DNA of 62,610 bases, filler included, from Choristocarpus tenellus KU-1152 (lineage: Eukaryota > Protista > Phaeophyceae), in NCBI GenBank assembly GCA_964200185.2. It is 13 parts of 13 records of this genome, joined end to end, with 100 filler letters (N's around TTAATTAATTAA, not from the genome) between each part and the next. Parts side by side here need not be neighbours in the genome. Positions count along the whole stretch, not along the records: positions 32,980 to 44,078 come from CAXNAD020002508.1; positions 44,179 to 51,552 come from CAXNAD020006249.1; 11 more parts are not named here. The stretch is one strand, 5' to 3'. A model generated the notes under the pieces. The model was not told the DNA's origin. It ran no database searches and saw only the letters and a list, made by a program, of their open reading frames with translations. This document shows, piece by piece, positions 35,278 to 50,009 of this stretch (position 1 is its first letter; each line of letters opens with the position of its first letter). The position numbers were made by a program, and so were the translations under genes.

Positions 35278-37017
35278 AGGTGTTCAGGTTCTTCAGTTGG
35301 TGATGTTTGTAAAAAATGTGTGATTGACTTTTGGTGGTTAGTGCTGTTCTAATACACTGTAGCCGATCAAAGTAGTAGTGGGTGGAGGCAGGTATAAGTC
35401 TGCTGGAAACAGTGTGCAGCCTAAGGTGGCATGGGTCCTTCGACTCTATCTGATCTTCGAGGATTTTGAGCTGGACAAATCTATTGGGAAGAAACCGCCA
35501 CTGAGGGGGAAGATAGCTTCAAAGTACTAATGTTGACCTTAAATATGCCTCTGCCAGGAAGGATCATTTGTGTGTATCTACACCTAGGGTAAAATTGATG
35601 TCAGTCTTGTCAATCCTCATGAACAGGCTGATCCACATGATAGGCATATATGGAGCCCTCACTACTTCGTAATCTGTATCTTCTTCATAAAGGCTCAAAC
35701 AATATAATAAGGCATGAGGTGCATTGTTTTTCTGATTCAAGGCATGTTGGAAAAATGTTCCAGGTGACATGCTTGGAGTTATTGTTGGTGAAGAAAATGC
35801 TAGAGGGCAAGAGACACCCTAAACCAGGGCGATGGAGCACTCTATCCCATCAGTGCTTGGAGCCAGCATCTCAAGCAGCCTTTCGGAGCAAATCTCCCTC
35901 TGTTTGCCACTGGAGGGAGCTGCCTTTGGTGAAACTCTTATGTGAAATCTCTAACCTGCCAAGACGAAGTTTGTGCTGCAGCTTCCCGTTCCAGATGGTC
36001 CAACATTCAAGCATTTCCAGCCCTGCATCCGTGTAAGGTCAGGAATGGTTAGGAAAATCTATGCACGTGTTTCAGAAAAAAGACGTACCCTCGATACCCA
36101 GCTTTGTGATCCATAAGATAGTGTATTATACACAGAAGGCAAGGGAAGTTGGAGCTTTCAAGGACAAGGTAAAAATGGAATGAGTTTCATGCAAAATGGA
36201 TATAGTACTTTAAACCGCTCTAGAGTACTTGGAACAGTACTAAGGTTACGGGAGTAACATTATATTTTCTCGAGAGTCTCCCAGGTTGCTGAGCACTGCT
36301 GGCAAGAGAGATGGACTTTGACTTTGTCAGAGCTGCACTTGGAAAGAGCAGACTCTATTCGATGAGACTTGCAGATCAACGGACACCACCAAGCAATCAT
36401 AAATTTGTTGATCGTAATAATCAAATACTTCAAAGTACATTGTGACACAAGGTAGGTATCCTAGAGGGGGGATCAGGCGTCCATTGGAAGCCTGTGCGAC
36501 CCCGTAGTGATTTCCATGTCTTGTGAGTGAATGCGTCACATGTGAGCTCAACTTTCTTCACCTAGATACACTTTTCTATCCCCTTTCCAAAACCAAATAT
36601 AAACAAAAATCACCCCCAAAACAGGTATCAAACTGGGAATTCCTTACAACACCTCACCAATGGACAACCTGGGCTGAACACCCCCCTCTCTAACATTCCA
36701 TGGCCGTTGTCTCCCTAAACCTTTCCCAAACACTCTAAAACGCAAAAGCCCATGTCTGCCTTGCCCATGCTTCGTTGCCTAGCTTGATAAACGTTTTTGT
36801 GGTGTTCTTTAGGGTATGTGAACATTACGCAAACACGAAATATTTCCCAAACAAATGGATGTGCTCAGCTCCTTTCAGTGGTAGTCCATTTCCCTTCTCT
36901 TCTCCGTGCTCAGCCTTCAACACACTGCCACCACAACGCAGTAGATAACTTAAGCCATCACTAAGTTAGGGTTCAGAAAATGACCATTTACTTCAAAATT
37001 CTGTAGCACCACCTATC

Positions 37018-40000
37018 TCAGAAAATACCTGGGACATTGAACAGACCGTGAACTCCCCTCACCATAACCTCCACCCGGGGCTGAGGCACCTTCTGCACAG
37101 CTGTATTAACAATGCGCCTGACAGCACGTTCTGCAAATCTGGGGAATTCAACCAGAATAGAGGGAAGGATGGAAATCAAGACTTCACGACAGAAAGAGAT
37201 CTGGTTCATAGGGTGAGGTTCAGAAATATGACCATGGAGTGTGGCGACTGTGTATTGTCCCCAGATTTAACCAAATGTGCTCCAGTGGAAGTTACATGTG
37301 TCACTTCTTTGATGGTTTCAAAGTCATGATAAACAAATTGCTACGGTTAATCTCATATACTTGTAAGACCTTGTGAGTATTTTAAATGAACCAATGTTTG
37401 AAATTGAGGAGGTTGAATTGAGGTGGAGGGGGGATCTTGCGGACCTCCCAACTGAAGGGAACACGGCACTTTATCACCATGTACGAAATGGTGCATGGTG
37501 GGCAATAGGATTATAGAGAACCTTGTCGTTGTTTAAGTTGTATGCCATCATTCAAACACATGACATACTTTCAATGACCATACAGTCCCACCAGCCAACC
37601 ACCAAAATATATCTTTAAATCCTGATCCGGCGACAGAGCAGGACCCTTTCAGATCCAACTTGATCCTATTGTGTTTTTTTAACCTGTCCTAACGTTCGCA
37701 GCAGTCGTTGCTTAGGTAAATACCCCGCTCCCCTTTTGCATGCGCACCTTTGATTCAATTCAATTGTTATCTCACTTGTAACGTTGCTGCCAAAGTGGTT
37801 GCACTGGTACCTTCCTTGCCCTTGCCTCTAGTATCACAACAGCCACTGTGTCCGAGGGGATGTTGGAGGAAGATGACCCTGCAAAACTCTTACTCAGAAA
37901 TTTCCCATGATAGCTTTGCACTCCATTGATGCAGTGGACTGGTTTTGGGCGCCGTTGACGAGGTGGTACCATGAGGTGCTTGAGACTGAACGAGCAATAT
38001 CATGGGCCAAGGAAAACAGGTGATTCTGCTGAAGTTGTTGTTGTTGACACAGTTTTTTTGCCAACAAAATATCTCCCCTGAGGAGGGGTGCATCATGACA
38101 ATTAGGAGGATTTATTCTGAAGTATTTCTCAGCTTTGGCAGGCCAATGGCTGGCTCTTCAAATTCATATCCCTGCCCTTTATCTCAATCTCGCTTTGTCT
38201 GTCCACAGCTTAAAATCCCCGCATCAAAGTACCTCCTACTTCACAGTACCAAACCTACAATACATAACGGACCCTCATCTCTCAACTCCCAACCCAGCCA
38301 ATGTCAAGAATATATTCTCCCATATCTGAGTCAAAGTGTCTTAGAGGGTAGAGCCGCGTCCATTCAGGGCCAAAATCCAATGATGTAATTTTGATGTAAT
38401 TTTGGCTATCAAGTGTGTTAGGAGGTGTCAATATCCTTGTTCGGGATACACCTTTTCATAATGTATACATTTACCTTCTCCAAAACATTTTGGAGTAGGT
38501 AAAATGTCAATAAAAAAACACGGGAAGCCAAGCCCCAAATGGGCAAACAGGGAAAAACTCGTACCCTCAAAGATACTTTCACTATCTGACCCAACCATAA
38601 TCCAACTCACAAGCGCACAGCCTTAATCAATATGCACCTGATTGGAACATGCAGCTCTGTCCAGTCATCTTGGAAAAGATCTCGCTCAAAGAAATGCACA
38701 CTTGCAAGACAAATCTCCTGGTTTCCTTCCTTCATCCTTCCTGCATGTACCTCTCCTGATTGCCTTTCACGGCCTATGTCCACCCTAAGGCAGTGTGTCT
38801 TGCCCCCAGGGTCCAACCCCTCTGGATCCTCCCTATGGTCTGATCTTGACCCCAGTTTCATTCCTTGTTCTGTCTGAGGCACCGGGCTTTTGGTGACTCC
38901 TGGGTTCAACAGGATATCTGGGAGGCTTAGTGGCAACATTACCTGAGATACCTGTTTGTTTGTTGTAGTTGGCTCAGCATCCGTTACAGCAGTCATCAAC
39001 CTCTTTCCTCCCCTCAGGGATTCAATAGACACGGTATTAGATTGAGGAAGTTCATAATCTGACCCTGCAGTAGTAGCATGACGTTTATGTGGAACAAACA
39101 AAGACAAGGGCATGGCAACATGACCAAACCTTGCCGACACACAGGAAGAAGTCTTACCAACAGTATGACCGAGCAAGTCCAATTTTCTACCTCCTGGATT
39201 GGTACTTGCATTAGAGGGGTCGACTTCATATCCACTGAGCTTAGTGGAGGCAGCAGACTCCCCATTCCAGGTTGCCCTGAGGCATAAGCCGCGACCAAGC
39301 TCTAAGGTAGCACTCCGCCTTGGGCATCCTCTCCAGGATAAGAGAGGACTGTTGTATGGATGAAGACCGAGAATTCGAAGCTCAATCCGAGCTACCTTCA
39401 GGGGGGCGTAGAACACAGTGAAAGGGAAACAGAGTGGTAAATTGGGGTGGGAAGCTGTGGGGAGAAGAGGGAAAATGGAGGTGAGGGGAGCAATATAAGG
39501 GGGGACATGGAAAGTTATCGAGGATAATACAGATCAACTCTGGGGCAGGGGGTTGTGAAAATTGGTGTATTGTCTTTTGTATCGACCTGGCCAGGTATGG
39601 AGTCGATGATCTTGCACAGAATGCCATCAACTACCTCTGAGACGAGCATTCGATTCCTTGTGCACTCAGGCTTTTCAATGTTAAGGAGAAACCGAAGCAA
39701 TCCTAACTTCCTTGGTCCCTTAGCACAGTTGGTCGTAGAATTGGTGCTGGATACTTCTTCTTGTCCGGTTACTGTTGGACAGGAAATTACTGCTGTCTGT
39801 AGGAAAACAATTTTGTGGGGAAAAAATGCTCCCAGTGAGGGAACACAATAGGTAATTCCACTATGGCGACTAATTTGTAACAGGGGATTGGTTGGGTAAT
39901 CTTGTGAGAGAATTTTGCACCTCCCTTGCTGAGGTGCAGAACAAGAAACTGGAATTTCGTTCGGGGAATTGAAATACTAATCTGTCATAGCTTTTCTGCG

Positions 40001-43000
40001 GTTAGGTTATGATACAGGGGATATTGCAGGAGGAACAGGATCATGTTGGACACTATGACAGCGAGGTTCCAGTATAGACATCATAGTCTTGTGCCGACCT
40101 GTAAATCGTTCATTACTTCAGTGCTAGGAGAATCAACCAAAGAGTACCATCTATGGGAGGGTCCCTCAGCTTGCCTACCTATTCTCCATTAGGCAACATC
40201 TGTTTGAGGAGGGATTTTTTCTCCATATGTCACCAATACAAAAACGATGCTGCTGAGAATAGTTCCAACTTGACTTGAACCAGAAAAAAAAAATGTGTTA
40301 GAGCTCTAATCCACTATAGTGTGGGCAATCATTGTGCTGAGTGAGAGAGAAGGCATATTCATGCAAGTCAATATTTAGCACAGCGTATTACACCACTTCT
40401 ACAACACAAAATTGCCTTCCACCAAAATATAGGATACTCTTTGGAAGAGACCAATGTGCAATCACCAGAGGCAAGTTTAGTGCAAAGATATATTTCATAT
40501 TTGGAATGGCACCACGTAGGAGTTAAATGTTATGAAATACAGACTACATTCAGGAAACTTCACCTGTAGAGACCCGAGGACACTAAGTATATCACCAGCA
40601 TGGAATGAAGTTTGTCCCCATGGGGAGATCTTAGCCCTGCCAGATACCATAGCGGCCCAGACTCTCATCTTGTCCTGAATGTAGCTTTCTCCTTGCTCCC
40701 AATCATTGTTGCCAACACCTTTGCTATGTATCAGTGCTTCAGCAACCCCTCTTCCTTCCCCCTCCCTACCAATATCACCATCAATCTCGACTGGGGTGCA
40801 AGCTGCACTATTAACGCTTATGACCAAGAGTGGACCTAACCCCCCCTCAGCAGTCCCTGTCTCTCCATATCCGCTTTGACTGTCATCAGGTACATTCCTA
40901 GTGCCAACAGTGGCCGCAATATCACCAATAGGAAGGTAGAATACTGCTCCTTCCCACCTAGGAGTCGGCAAACCCCTTGGGAGATCCAGGGTCTGGCCAA
41001 CCTTCCTCCCACACCAGATCACGTCACACTGTGGGACTAGTGCCGCCACCATCGGATGTGGTGCCCCTCCCACCCCAAGCCCCTCTTCCCGTCTTCCCTT
41101 TCCTTCGCAGATTAACCCTATAGATTCAATAGAGATTAGCTGGAGCTTCAGAGTTGGGGGTACCGTAACATTACGAGGATCAATAGAACTCGAGACATGG
41201 TTTATGCTCTCTTCTGCGTATTCCCGTGAATTCCTCACCAAACGCTCTTCCTGTGCAAGCCATTCCCTTGCAAGGAGGGATCGGAAACCCACCAGTTTAT
41301 TCCTAGCTCTCGGGTCCACTGCTGCAGAAGTTTTTGCCACTGTATCCATGAATGCGTTTGTATTCCCACGTTGTAGTGACACATGCACCATGATCTCACC
41401 TCCACAGATGCATTTTGAGCACCCTCCATTACCAAACTCTTGACATCGCATGTTTGGAGACGTGAGTCCTTCCACCCAGGGACAGTGAGCAACTAGTGGG
41501 AGTTGGAGTAGTCCTTCCCCTTCCACGAGGTGCTTCTGCGGCTTGAGCCTCCTTCCCTTACCTTCCCTGTCTTTGATTATAATTCTAGTGTCAGTCCTGG
41601 TCCTGTCTGATGTACTTGCTGTATCTGTGGTCGGAACAACCATGCCAGCTTTATATCTGCCCACCTCCTTCTGCCCTACATGTCCTGATACACAAGATCC
41701 AATCCCTCCCAGCAGCTTTTGAGCATCAAGCTTGGCAAGGCCCAAGAATCTCCCTCGGGCATGGAAGGCTTGAAGGTTTTCAATGGCAGCCTGTTCCGTG
41801 TACATGAGCACAGAGGCTCTTGCCATTTCTGCTGCAAGTTGGTGACGCTGGGCCATTAGGTGTAAGACACGGCGGCGAATTAGACAACCTCGCCATGTGC
41901 GCTGAAGTATGAGAGCAGAGGACTCCTCAAGGGCCAACTGATACTCTCGTTCTGCTCTGTATTAACAAATAGAAAATTGCAGTTGTCTGGTGATGGATGG
42001 GCACGGGCAAAAAAGAGGCTCAAAAACGGGTAGAAGCTATATGTTAAAGGAAAAATAAACTAAAGCTTTTCTGGGATACTTAATACGGCAGTAGAAAGAG
42101 AGGCGGAAAGTGGAAGCTCTAAGGTGATGGTACTGCACTCCCTACTGCAGCTGTGGGATGAAGGGCTTTTCTCTTACAACACTGTTGCTGCTGGCACGAC
42201 AATCATAGAAGAGCAAAAAAAATGCTTCAATCCAGGGCCTTACCCACTGTCTCTACCTAACTCCGTTCGTTGTTCCTTTTACCCTGTCAAACAGCCACTG
42301 GTGCAGCCCAATTTGAAGAGTGATATCTGAATGTTTTGCAAAATTCAAAGGCTGGGGACCTTCCCAGCATAATCTGTGGGCCATCACCACACTAATTGAC
42401 ACTCTCCCCGAACAAGTCACCTCTATCTTTGTGTTTTCCCTTTCGTCTGTTCCAGGACCAAACCTCTATCTTTATCCTCCCACCGTATAGAAAGTAGTCC
42501 AGAAGGGATTCGACCTCACAACCTCTGAATTTTGTCCCACTATTACATACAGTTAAGCAATGAAATCTCAATTCGACAATATCAAAGGTTATGGGATCGA
42601 ATCCCAGCTGGACCACTTTCCGGACTCCATATGCTAGGAGGAGAAAGACAGAGTGAGGGAGGGGTGCAGGGACAGACTCAAGGGGAAAGTGAGAAGATTA
42701 AGATGGCTGAACAAGGAGAGCGTGCAATTAGTGGGGGTGATGGTCCACGGATTATGCTGGGTAGGTTCCCATTGTCTAGTTTTTGTCAGACTTGAGATAC
42801 CCTCAACATGCACACCTCAACCACCTTCCTTCTCCAAGTATCCTCAACAAATCCCCAGCCCTCCCGCCCCTATTCCTGTCTGGTGTCTCCTTCTTTGCTT
42901 TCCTTCTCTTCCTGTTTCCATTCCTGGCTCCACCCCCTTGCTATATCTGTCCTGTACTCCACCATCTCATCCTCCTACTCCGCCACACTCAAAACTCAAG

Positions 43001-43196
43001 CCATCCACACTTGCCTCTCTTTCCGATTTCTCTCTAGGCACGCAATGGCCTGCATCCTCTTATACCAGTCAATCAAGACACGCTGGAGAAGTCTAGCAGC
43101 CCTCTCTCTCACAGTGTCAGCAATTGCTGACACCCAGACTGCCCTCCTAGACGGTAAAGGATGTATCCCAGGCGGGCAAGATGAAATATCCTTCAC
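37018..43196 (-). CDS. Large multi-exon protein with IQ motif(s) and C2-like modules (partial)
   Basis: In-frame GT-AG exons ~41956-40564, 39796-39587, 39395-38638 and 37985-37776, plus likely exons near 43196-43010, 42616-42400 and 37200-37030. Motifs: IQ SALILQRTWRGCLIRR; C2-like PQCDVIWCGRKVGQT..PTPRWEGAVFYLP. Confidence 0.7.
38328..38583 (+). mobile_element. MITE family A copy (intronic)
   Basis: Both TIRs are present (terminal C lost); TSD ATCT at 38324-38327 and 38584-38587. Confidence 0.94.
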
Positions 43197-43612
43197 AAGA
43201 TAGCTGGCGATCTCCCCTATTATTCCTTTTGGTATATGGAGGGTAGTGGTGTAGTAGTTGGAGGAGGATCAGTCCTTGTTCGAGGAAGGAGTACAGGGGT
43301 GCAGTTGAGGAGTCAGCAAAAGGTTTGGCATGCTAAGAGGATTTAAGTTGGCCGGCAGGAGGAAGACTATGTTTATTTGGGTATGCGAACGAGAATGGTG
43401 GGGGAAGGGTCAGCTGTGATAAGAGTATGAGAGGACAAGGCACTATGTGCTTTTCTTTTGCCTGGTTTGTGTAGAAAATGGAGACAGGAATGGTCTGCAT
43501 TCAGTCAGGCAAGACCAATTTCTTGGAGTCTAGCGGAGATATGTTTGGATAAGGTTAGCGACATGATGTTCTCTCTGATCTGCTTAGGGCAACACACCAT
43601 ACATCCAGATAC

Positions 43613-43872
43613 GACCCAAAGCTTCTAAGAGGGTAGGAGTTTTGCCCTGTTTTTCCATTCAGGGCTTGGCTTCCCACGTGTGTTTTATGCCCTTTTTCGA
43701 TTTCTATGTGGACACAGTTACCAATAATGTATATGACAATGAAAGGTGTGTCCAGAGCGAGGATATTGACTCTTAGTAGTATCAAACACGATAGACAAAA
43801 ACCATCAAAATCGCAACATTGGATTTATGACCCCGAACTGACACGGCCCTACCTTCTTAAATGCTTTGGGTT
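43613..43872 (-). mobile_element. MITE family A, diverged subfamily (GACCC end)
   Basis: GACCCAAAGCTTCTAAGAGGGTA ... CTACCTTCTTAAATGCTTTGGGTT; TSD ATAC at 43609-43612 and 43873-43876. Confidence 0.88.
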
Positions 43873-43981
43873 ATACACCACTCATATAAAACAGGGAAAA
43901 GCGTATCTGCATCTGCATCCCTGCAGCAAACTCTAACAAAACTATGGCTGACAGGCATGCAAAAATGTGCACTCAGCCAGT

Positions 43982-44078
43982 GGGTCAAAGTATCTGGGGG
44001 GGAAGTGTCGGCGTCCGTTTTTCACCCTTTTTTCTATTTTCAATTCTTTGGTGTGATTTGGTCGCACGTGTCGGTTTT
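43982..44078 (+). mobile_element. TIR family B end (short-spacer type)
   Basis: GGGTCAAAGTATCTGGGGGGGAAGTGTCGGCGTCCGTTTT running to the contig end. Confidence 0.8.
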
Positions 44079-44192
44079 NNNNNNNNNNNNNNNNNNNNNN
44101 NNNNNNNNNNNNNNNNNNNNNNTTAATTAATTAANNNNNNNNNNNNNNNNNNNNNNNNNNNNNNNNNNNNNNNNNNNNGGGGGGGTGGGGGT

Positions 44193-44224
<32 letters not shown>

Positions 44225-44268
44225 AACGAACGTACTTCGTAGAGTGGAGCAACTGATCCTTCTCTCAC

Positions 44269-45729
44269 CTACTTGAACTGACTGCACAGCTGGAGCAGCA
44301 CCAAGCTTCTAGACAGAGACAACAGCAGGGGCAGTTCCTCTCCCCCATCTCTCCCGGCTTCACGCAGCAGCAACCTGCACGCCATAGAAGGGCATGGAAT
44401 GTGGGGCTTTGCATGGTCCTTTCTCTCTGTGTGTGTGTGTGTGTGTGTGTGTTTACGTTATGCCCAGGCGGCAAGTATTTCAGTTGGGGCAAGAAGATAG
44501 GGAGAGAGGGAGAAGAACTTGATGGGCCAATAACTACAGTTGGGGAGGTCACATCACACAGAAGGGAGAGAAAAAGAGGATCAACCAAACCTTTCGAGGA
44601 TTTAGAACAAACACCAAACACTTTTGATCTCCCACGGCCTCCTCATCTCTCAACGTTGACACTATGCACCAGACCTATGTCTTAGGGTACTGATCTCTGT
44701 ATTTGACACGCGAAGTTTGGTCATCTATTCTGTAGACACAAGCCTAGCCTCTCAAATTAGATGCGCATTTCTCATTCTTCCCTTGCTCCCCGAGAGATCG
44801 GGGTTACATTGAAGGGGCCAACGGTACCCTGGCTCAAATTCCAAGGAGAGTAGATGACAGATTGTAAGGGATACGTCGCTGCTGAGGTAGGTGTGACGCA
44901 CCGGGTAAAACTGTACTCCACTGCCAACACCCTAACATAAAGAACACAGTCGCCCCATACACACACACGTTTCCACGAGACTTCAAATTATTCAGAGATT
45001 TTCATTAGTCTGCCCAGTGAGCATGACCGGGATCCACGCAACGCCCATGAGCCAACCATAATGAAACCGTTGGAAGCCCACAGGCTGACCTCGTTAGAAT
45101 ATATTGGTACCAGGCCAGCCCATGACCCCGGTCGTGCTGAAATATCAAAGAACAAAAAAAAGTTCGCTGTAATGGACAACAAAACTATTTCGCTACCTGT
45201 CCGGCATGGTGGAACATGAATCAGGCTGACCAAAAGGTCAAAACACATCCTTCCAATACATATATCTGCATACTGTATATATACACACACATATATCAAA
45301 CAAATGTTGGAACAAAGGCGTTCTCACATATTCCTTCAGTCATCCTCTCCTTTCAGTATTGCGATTTCTTTCTTCCAGGGATAAGGCTAGATAGAGAGTC
45401 GTCCTCGCATTGTATGCGTTTTGGGGTAGCGGCCACAGGGCAGCCCACAGCCCGACCAATATACGATCTTAGACGGCCCTGATCAGACATATCAGAAACC
45501 ATTAGAACCTTGACTGACCGGCGAACAGAACAGGTTCTAATACCTGGCGGAACTAGTCTAGATTCAAGGGAAATGAATGAGACCAGTCCGGTTCATGGGA
45601 CTGGACTGACCCCTTCAATCTTTGCCTGGCCTAATGAAAACGCCTGAAACCTTTTTTTAAAGCAGAATCTCCTACGGATTCTATTTTTCACAAACCGGCT
45701 TTATCGCGCGCGCTACGAGGTGGGTGTCG

Positions 45730-45763
<34 letters not shown>

Positions 45764-46097
45764 TGTAATTCAGTGTCCACAGGCAGCAGGCAGGCAGGCA
45801 GGCAGGCAGCTGACTGCTACCGTTGTGCATTGTGCCCTAATTCAGATACATTTTTTTTTTAAATCAGCACGATTATTTTTTTCTTCTTTTCTAGTGATCA
45901 ACACAATCAAACACGCTCGTGGCAATCACAAACATCGCCTGTATCCACAGCAACACCCGGGCATCGAATTCGGAAGAGGCCTAACCTTCACGATATACTT
46001 GTGGTTGTCAAATCTTCTGTCTCTTTGAACAACTCCACTGCATTGTTTCTTACGAAAGAGTCGCAGCCTTGACTACATACATACATACATACATACA

Positions 46098-46133
<36 letters not shown>

Positions 46134-48737
46134 TATACAAACACATAGTATCAACTCTCTCGCAGTTTCAACACGCAGTCGTTTTTCAACCCAACCAAGC
46201 CCTTTCCTTCAACACAAGATTGAACAAGACGCACTCTTAAAAGCCCGTTACAGATCAGCTCACAGCAGAGAGTACGGAATGTTAAGACCCTTCCCCTATA
46301 TTCTGTAAGCTGTTCACCCCTCATGTGCCGCCTTCCAATAGACAGGGATTATCAAGAGACAAGCAAAAAAAAATAGTACATTTCTTCGTGGAAGCTGTCT
46401 ATGAGGGGCATGATATGTGCGTGTTTTCCCCAAGTCACAGTCCCTCCAACAATAATGAGAGCAAGGAGTACATCGCTTAGATCCAAAGACACACACACTA
46501 CAGTAGTAAGTATCCTTTGCATTCAAACCGTGTTTTTTCAAATTCAAAAACAAAAACTGGACAAGCACAAAAAACCCGACAAACCTCAACCTGGGAAGTA
46601 TCCTTGACAGCACATGTAATGCTCCAGGCTTCCCCCCAGAGCACGTTTACGGACATAGAACTGAGAACAGCACAGGCAGCAGCAACCAAAGCAACAACCT
46701 GAGAGTTGAGGTAACAGGACATTAACAACAACATGGTAGCTGTTTCGTTAGTCATCGCGTGCTACCTCATGTTAAAAGTACTACTAAGGTATACTCACCG
46801 ACATTGTTCAGGAGTTGTCGAGGTTAAGGTAAAATGAGGCAAGAAAAGGACCACATCGAAAAATGAATGTACGTTTGGTGCTGTAGAACTATTACACCGC
46901 TTTATCGCGATATAGAAAAAAAAAAAAACATACAGTAACATTATCAACAAAATAAAAACAAATGTATTAGCAGCCAAAAAAAAATTAAGACGATTCAGGG
47001 GCAGGGGACATTGCCACAGAAGGCAACACCGACCCAAACAAAATGACCCCATGTATGTAACTGAGTTGACACGCAATTGCCCTGAAGTATGGAACATTTA
47101 TTAGCTCAAGTGCAATATCACATAGTGTAGTATTTTAAATAAAATATCAAAAAACAGCAGCATCGCCAAACATTTTCTTGACACCATACAGATTGGTTTG
47201 TTCTGAGTTTTCCTTTACACATCAAGGACCACGCTGGACTCAGGACCAAGTTATGCAGCATGCCCTTCATTCTCAGAGCTTGACAACAAAAAAGGGGGCC
47301 GTGACCGTAACGCATGTTGGAGGATGTGTACTACAGTACTTTGTGCCTTCACCATCAGAAATCAGCAGCAGACCAACAGCAAGCAAGAAGAATTTTGAAG
47401 TGCATCCCATTTGCAGCAGTAGCTGTCACAAAAGGAAACACATCTAAAAAAGTGACTGGGATGATATTGAACTAAGAACACAGTAATCTCTGTTTCCAAC
47501 TACACAGATACGAAACTCTCATATCCAGGTACCTCATACTACATGTAATCCTGTACGCAACTGCTCAAACGCATTTGCATGGTTTCACTCCAACGGAAAT
47601 GAAAAGGACAATTTTAGCACCAGGTCAGAAAAATTACTCTCGTATGAGGTGGTGGCATTATGAAAGTATGAGGTGAGGAAACCCAAAAGCATAGAAGCAA
47701 AAGGTTGAGGGGGGAAAGGGGGGGGACATGGGGCAGAGAAAAGTCACATCAAAAGAGCTCACTTGGGCAGGTCTTGCAAGGTGCTTCCATCATGCCAATC
47801 TGGAACTGATTCGGGTTGCTGTAGAAGTTGTCCAGCTTCGAGTCTGGCACAGGGTCATCCTTTACACAAATGAGACAGCAAGCCTTGCGTATTTCAACAA
47901 TCAAGGGAGAGGCGAGAGAGGTGAGAAGGGAGTGAGTTGATTGAACTTAGATAGAGCCCCAAGACAATAGTTAGATAGGATACAAGGCCAAATGAGCGTG
48001 GATCGTAAAGCTCAGTAAATATATGTGCTATGTTCTATGATTATATAGGAACAAACACAAAATACAAAAATATGTTGGATAGAACTATTGGACCAGCCAC
48101 GTGGTAGTGAAACGGTTGCGATGGATATGGCGGGCCTGGTTAAAGTGTCAGCTCCGTCAATTGTAAACGATACCAACCACCAACAAAGTCCGGCTGCATG
48201 TTGGTGGTGCGCTAGGCTACAGGCACATTGACAGGGCAACCAAGTCTGGTCATTTATAGTCCGTAAAGGGTGACCGAGGAGGCATTTTTATTTATGCATA
48301 ACTAACACTCAATGAATACACGATACAGAGCTAGTAATATGTTAAGAACAGAGACCAGTTGTTCGAGGAAGTGGGTGGTGGGGGTGTTCGTTGCGTCGAC
48401 TCCATGTGGTGCCAACAGTCATCCACGAACTCCTGCGTATTCGCTCATTGGGGTCACCGACACTCCATGCATGATGATACTTGGATTATATCACATTCAT
48501 ATAAGTGTACTAGAAAGGTCGAGAATTTTCCCACTCCCACACCTCACACTATCGTCTTTGTTACCGCGTCAACAAAGTCAAGGCGATACGCAGTGGAGGT
48601 AAGGGATAGGTTGGAGAAGGTCAAGCTTAGCATCTCCACCAAGCATCAACAAGACTTTTGAGGAAAAAATATCAAGGTCGCGATAGCGATTTCATTCATT
48701 CGAAAATTCTAAGGTGTCGGTTTCCCTTTCTCACCAT
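44269..48737 (-). CDS. PLAC8-family Cys-rich protein (3' end truncated by the contig)
   Basis: Exons (48737-48735 ATG, tentative), 47859-47763, 46698-46591 and 44374-44269 splice in frame. Product: DDPVPDSKLDNFYSNPNQFQIGMMEAPCKTCPSCCFGCCCLCCSQFYVRKRALGGSLEHYMCCQGYFPGCCCVKPGEMGERNCPCCCLCLEAWCCSSCAVSSS. Confidence 0.85.
46073..46137. repeat. (TACA)n(TA)n microsatellite (intronic)
   Basis: Direct reading. Confidence 0.95.
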
Positions 48738-50009
48738 CGTCTCCTGATCAGCAGCAGTGTTGGGGTATGACGGTGTGTTTTGTAATGTAGTGAGATGTTC
48801 TTTGGTCTACTATCCTATGTATTACATGGACATGTTTCCTATGTGGAATATTTTCTTTTTCCTTGTTGGTGGCCAATAGGAAGTACTTCTAATCTATAAT
48901 AGTATCTCAATATACGTTGTTGGGAAACATTCAGGAAATTTGGATATTTTTCAATATGCAATATATTTAATATATAGAGGTTATATTACTACTAAGATAT
49001 CTGGGTTCGTTCTCAAAATGAAGAAGAAAAACATATTAATGTTGTTAAGTTTAAGAAACTATCAACTTATTTCTGTTGACATAAGCCCAGAATTCACTCC
49101 CCTTCATTTACTGGATTTTTAGAACTGACAAATCGGGATGGGTTGTTAAAATCGACTTTTCTGAAACGTTTTGGGAAGTTATTCTTAACCGATCACACAA
49201 CGAAATGAAAGACCGTTTTTCAAAAGGTGTTGTAATGATCATATGTTTTGGAGAGGTCTACGAAACGAATCATATCTAGATGAAAAAACATTATATGAAG
49301 AGATATTGTAGATATTGTATGAGAGGATTTATAAAACACTTTTTCAAAAATATAGTTTTTTTCAGGGTTGGGACAAAGAGGTTTTCGAAAAAGGTTTTCA
49401 GACACATTTCGGCAGGTTCTCCCACCTAGTACAAAACTAGATGAGAAGCAGTTTTTGTCGACATATTGAGAAGGTGTTGGGTGATGTGATTTCTAAGTCT
49501 CACCATCTACCTGTACAGATATTGACAATCACCAGAGAATTATTGGAGACTTCAAGAGAAGAGACTGCCAAAACAATAGGCCGTAGACATTGGGCTGTTG
49601 TGGGGACGGATGGTGTCATGTGTCCGTACACCTCGTAGCTCCAGATATGGGGCACATATAGCATCCACTGTATATATACTGCGTCCTCATTTCAGGTACC
49701 CACAATTAAGTGTGAAGGGTCGACAAACTAGCCTTGATCATCTGTGCTCAATGATGAAAGGATAAAGATCCCATGTGAAGGCCTCGTCACAAGCAGGTAT
49801 TGCAAATCCCTTGTGAAATACACACAAACACGCACACCCCTCCACACACCTCTCAAGGTCTAAAAAGGTACCTCTATTCCTTCCCTTCATTCCCTGGGAC
49901 CCCATTGGTCCAAGCTCCCTCACAAAGTTCAGGACATGACACAAATTTGACTTCTTCAAGATGTACTCTGAGTTATTTTTCTGAATGAGAGACTTCAACA
50001 ATAAAGGAA

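Noticed and set aside
44870-44940. Extra PLAC8 exon (RVLAVEYSFTR)
   Set aside because: Exons 46698-46591 and 44374-44269 already join in frame and give a continuous family-like sequence.
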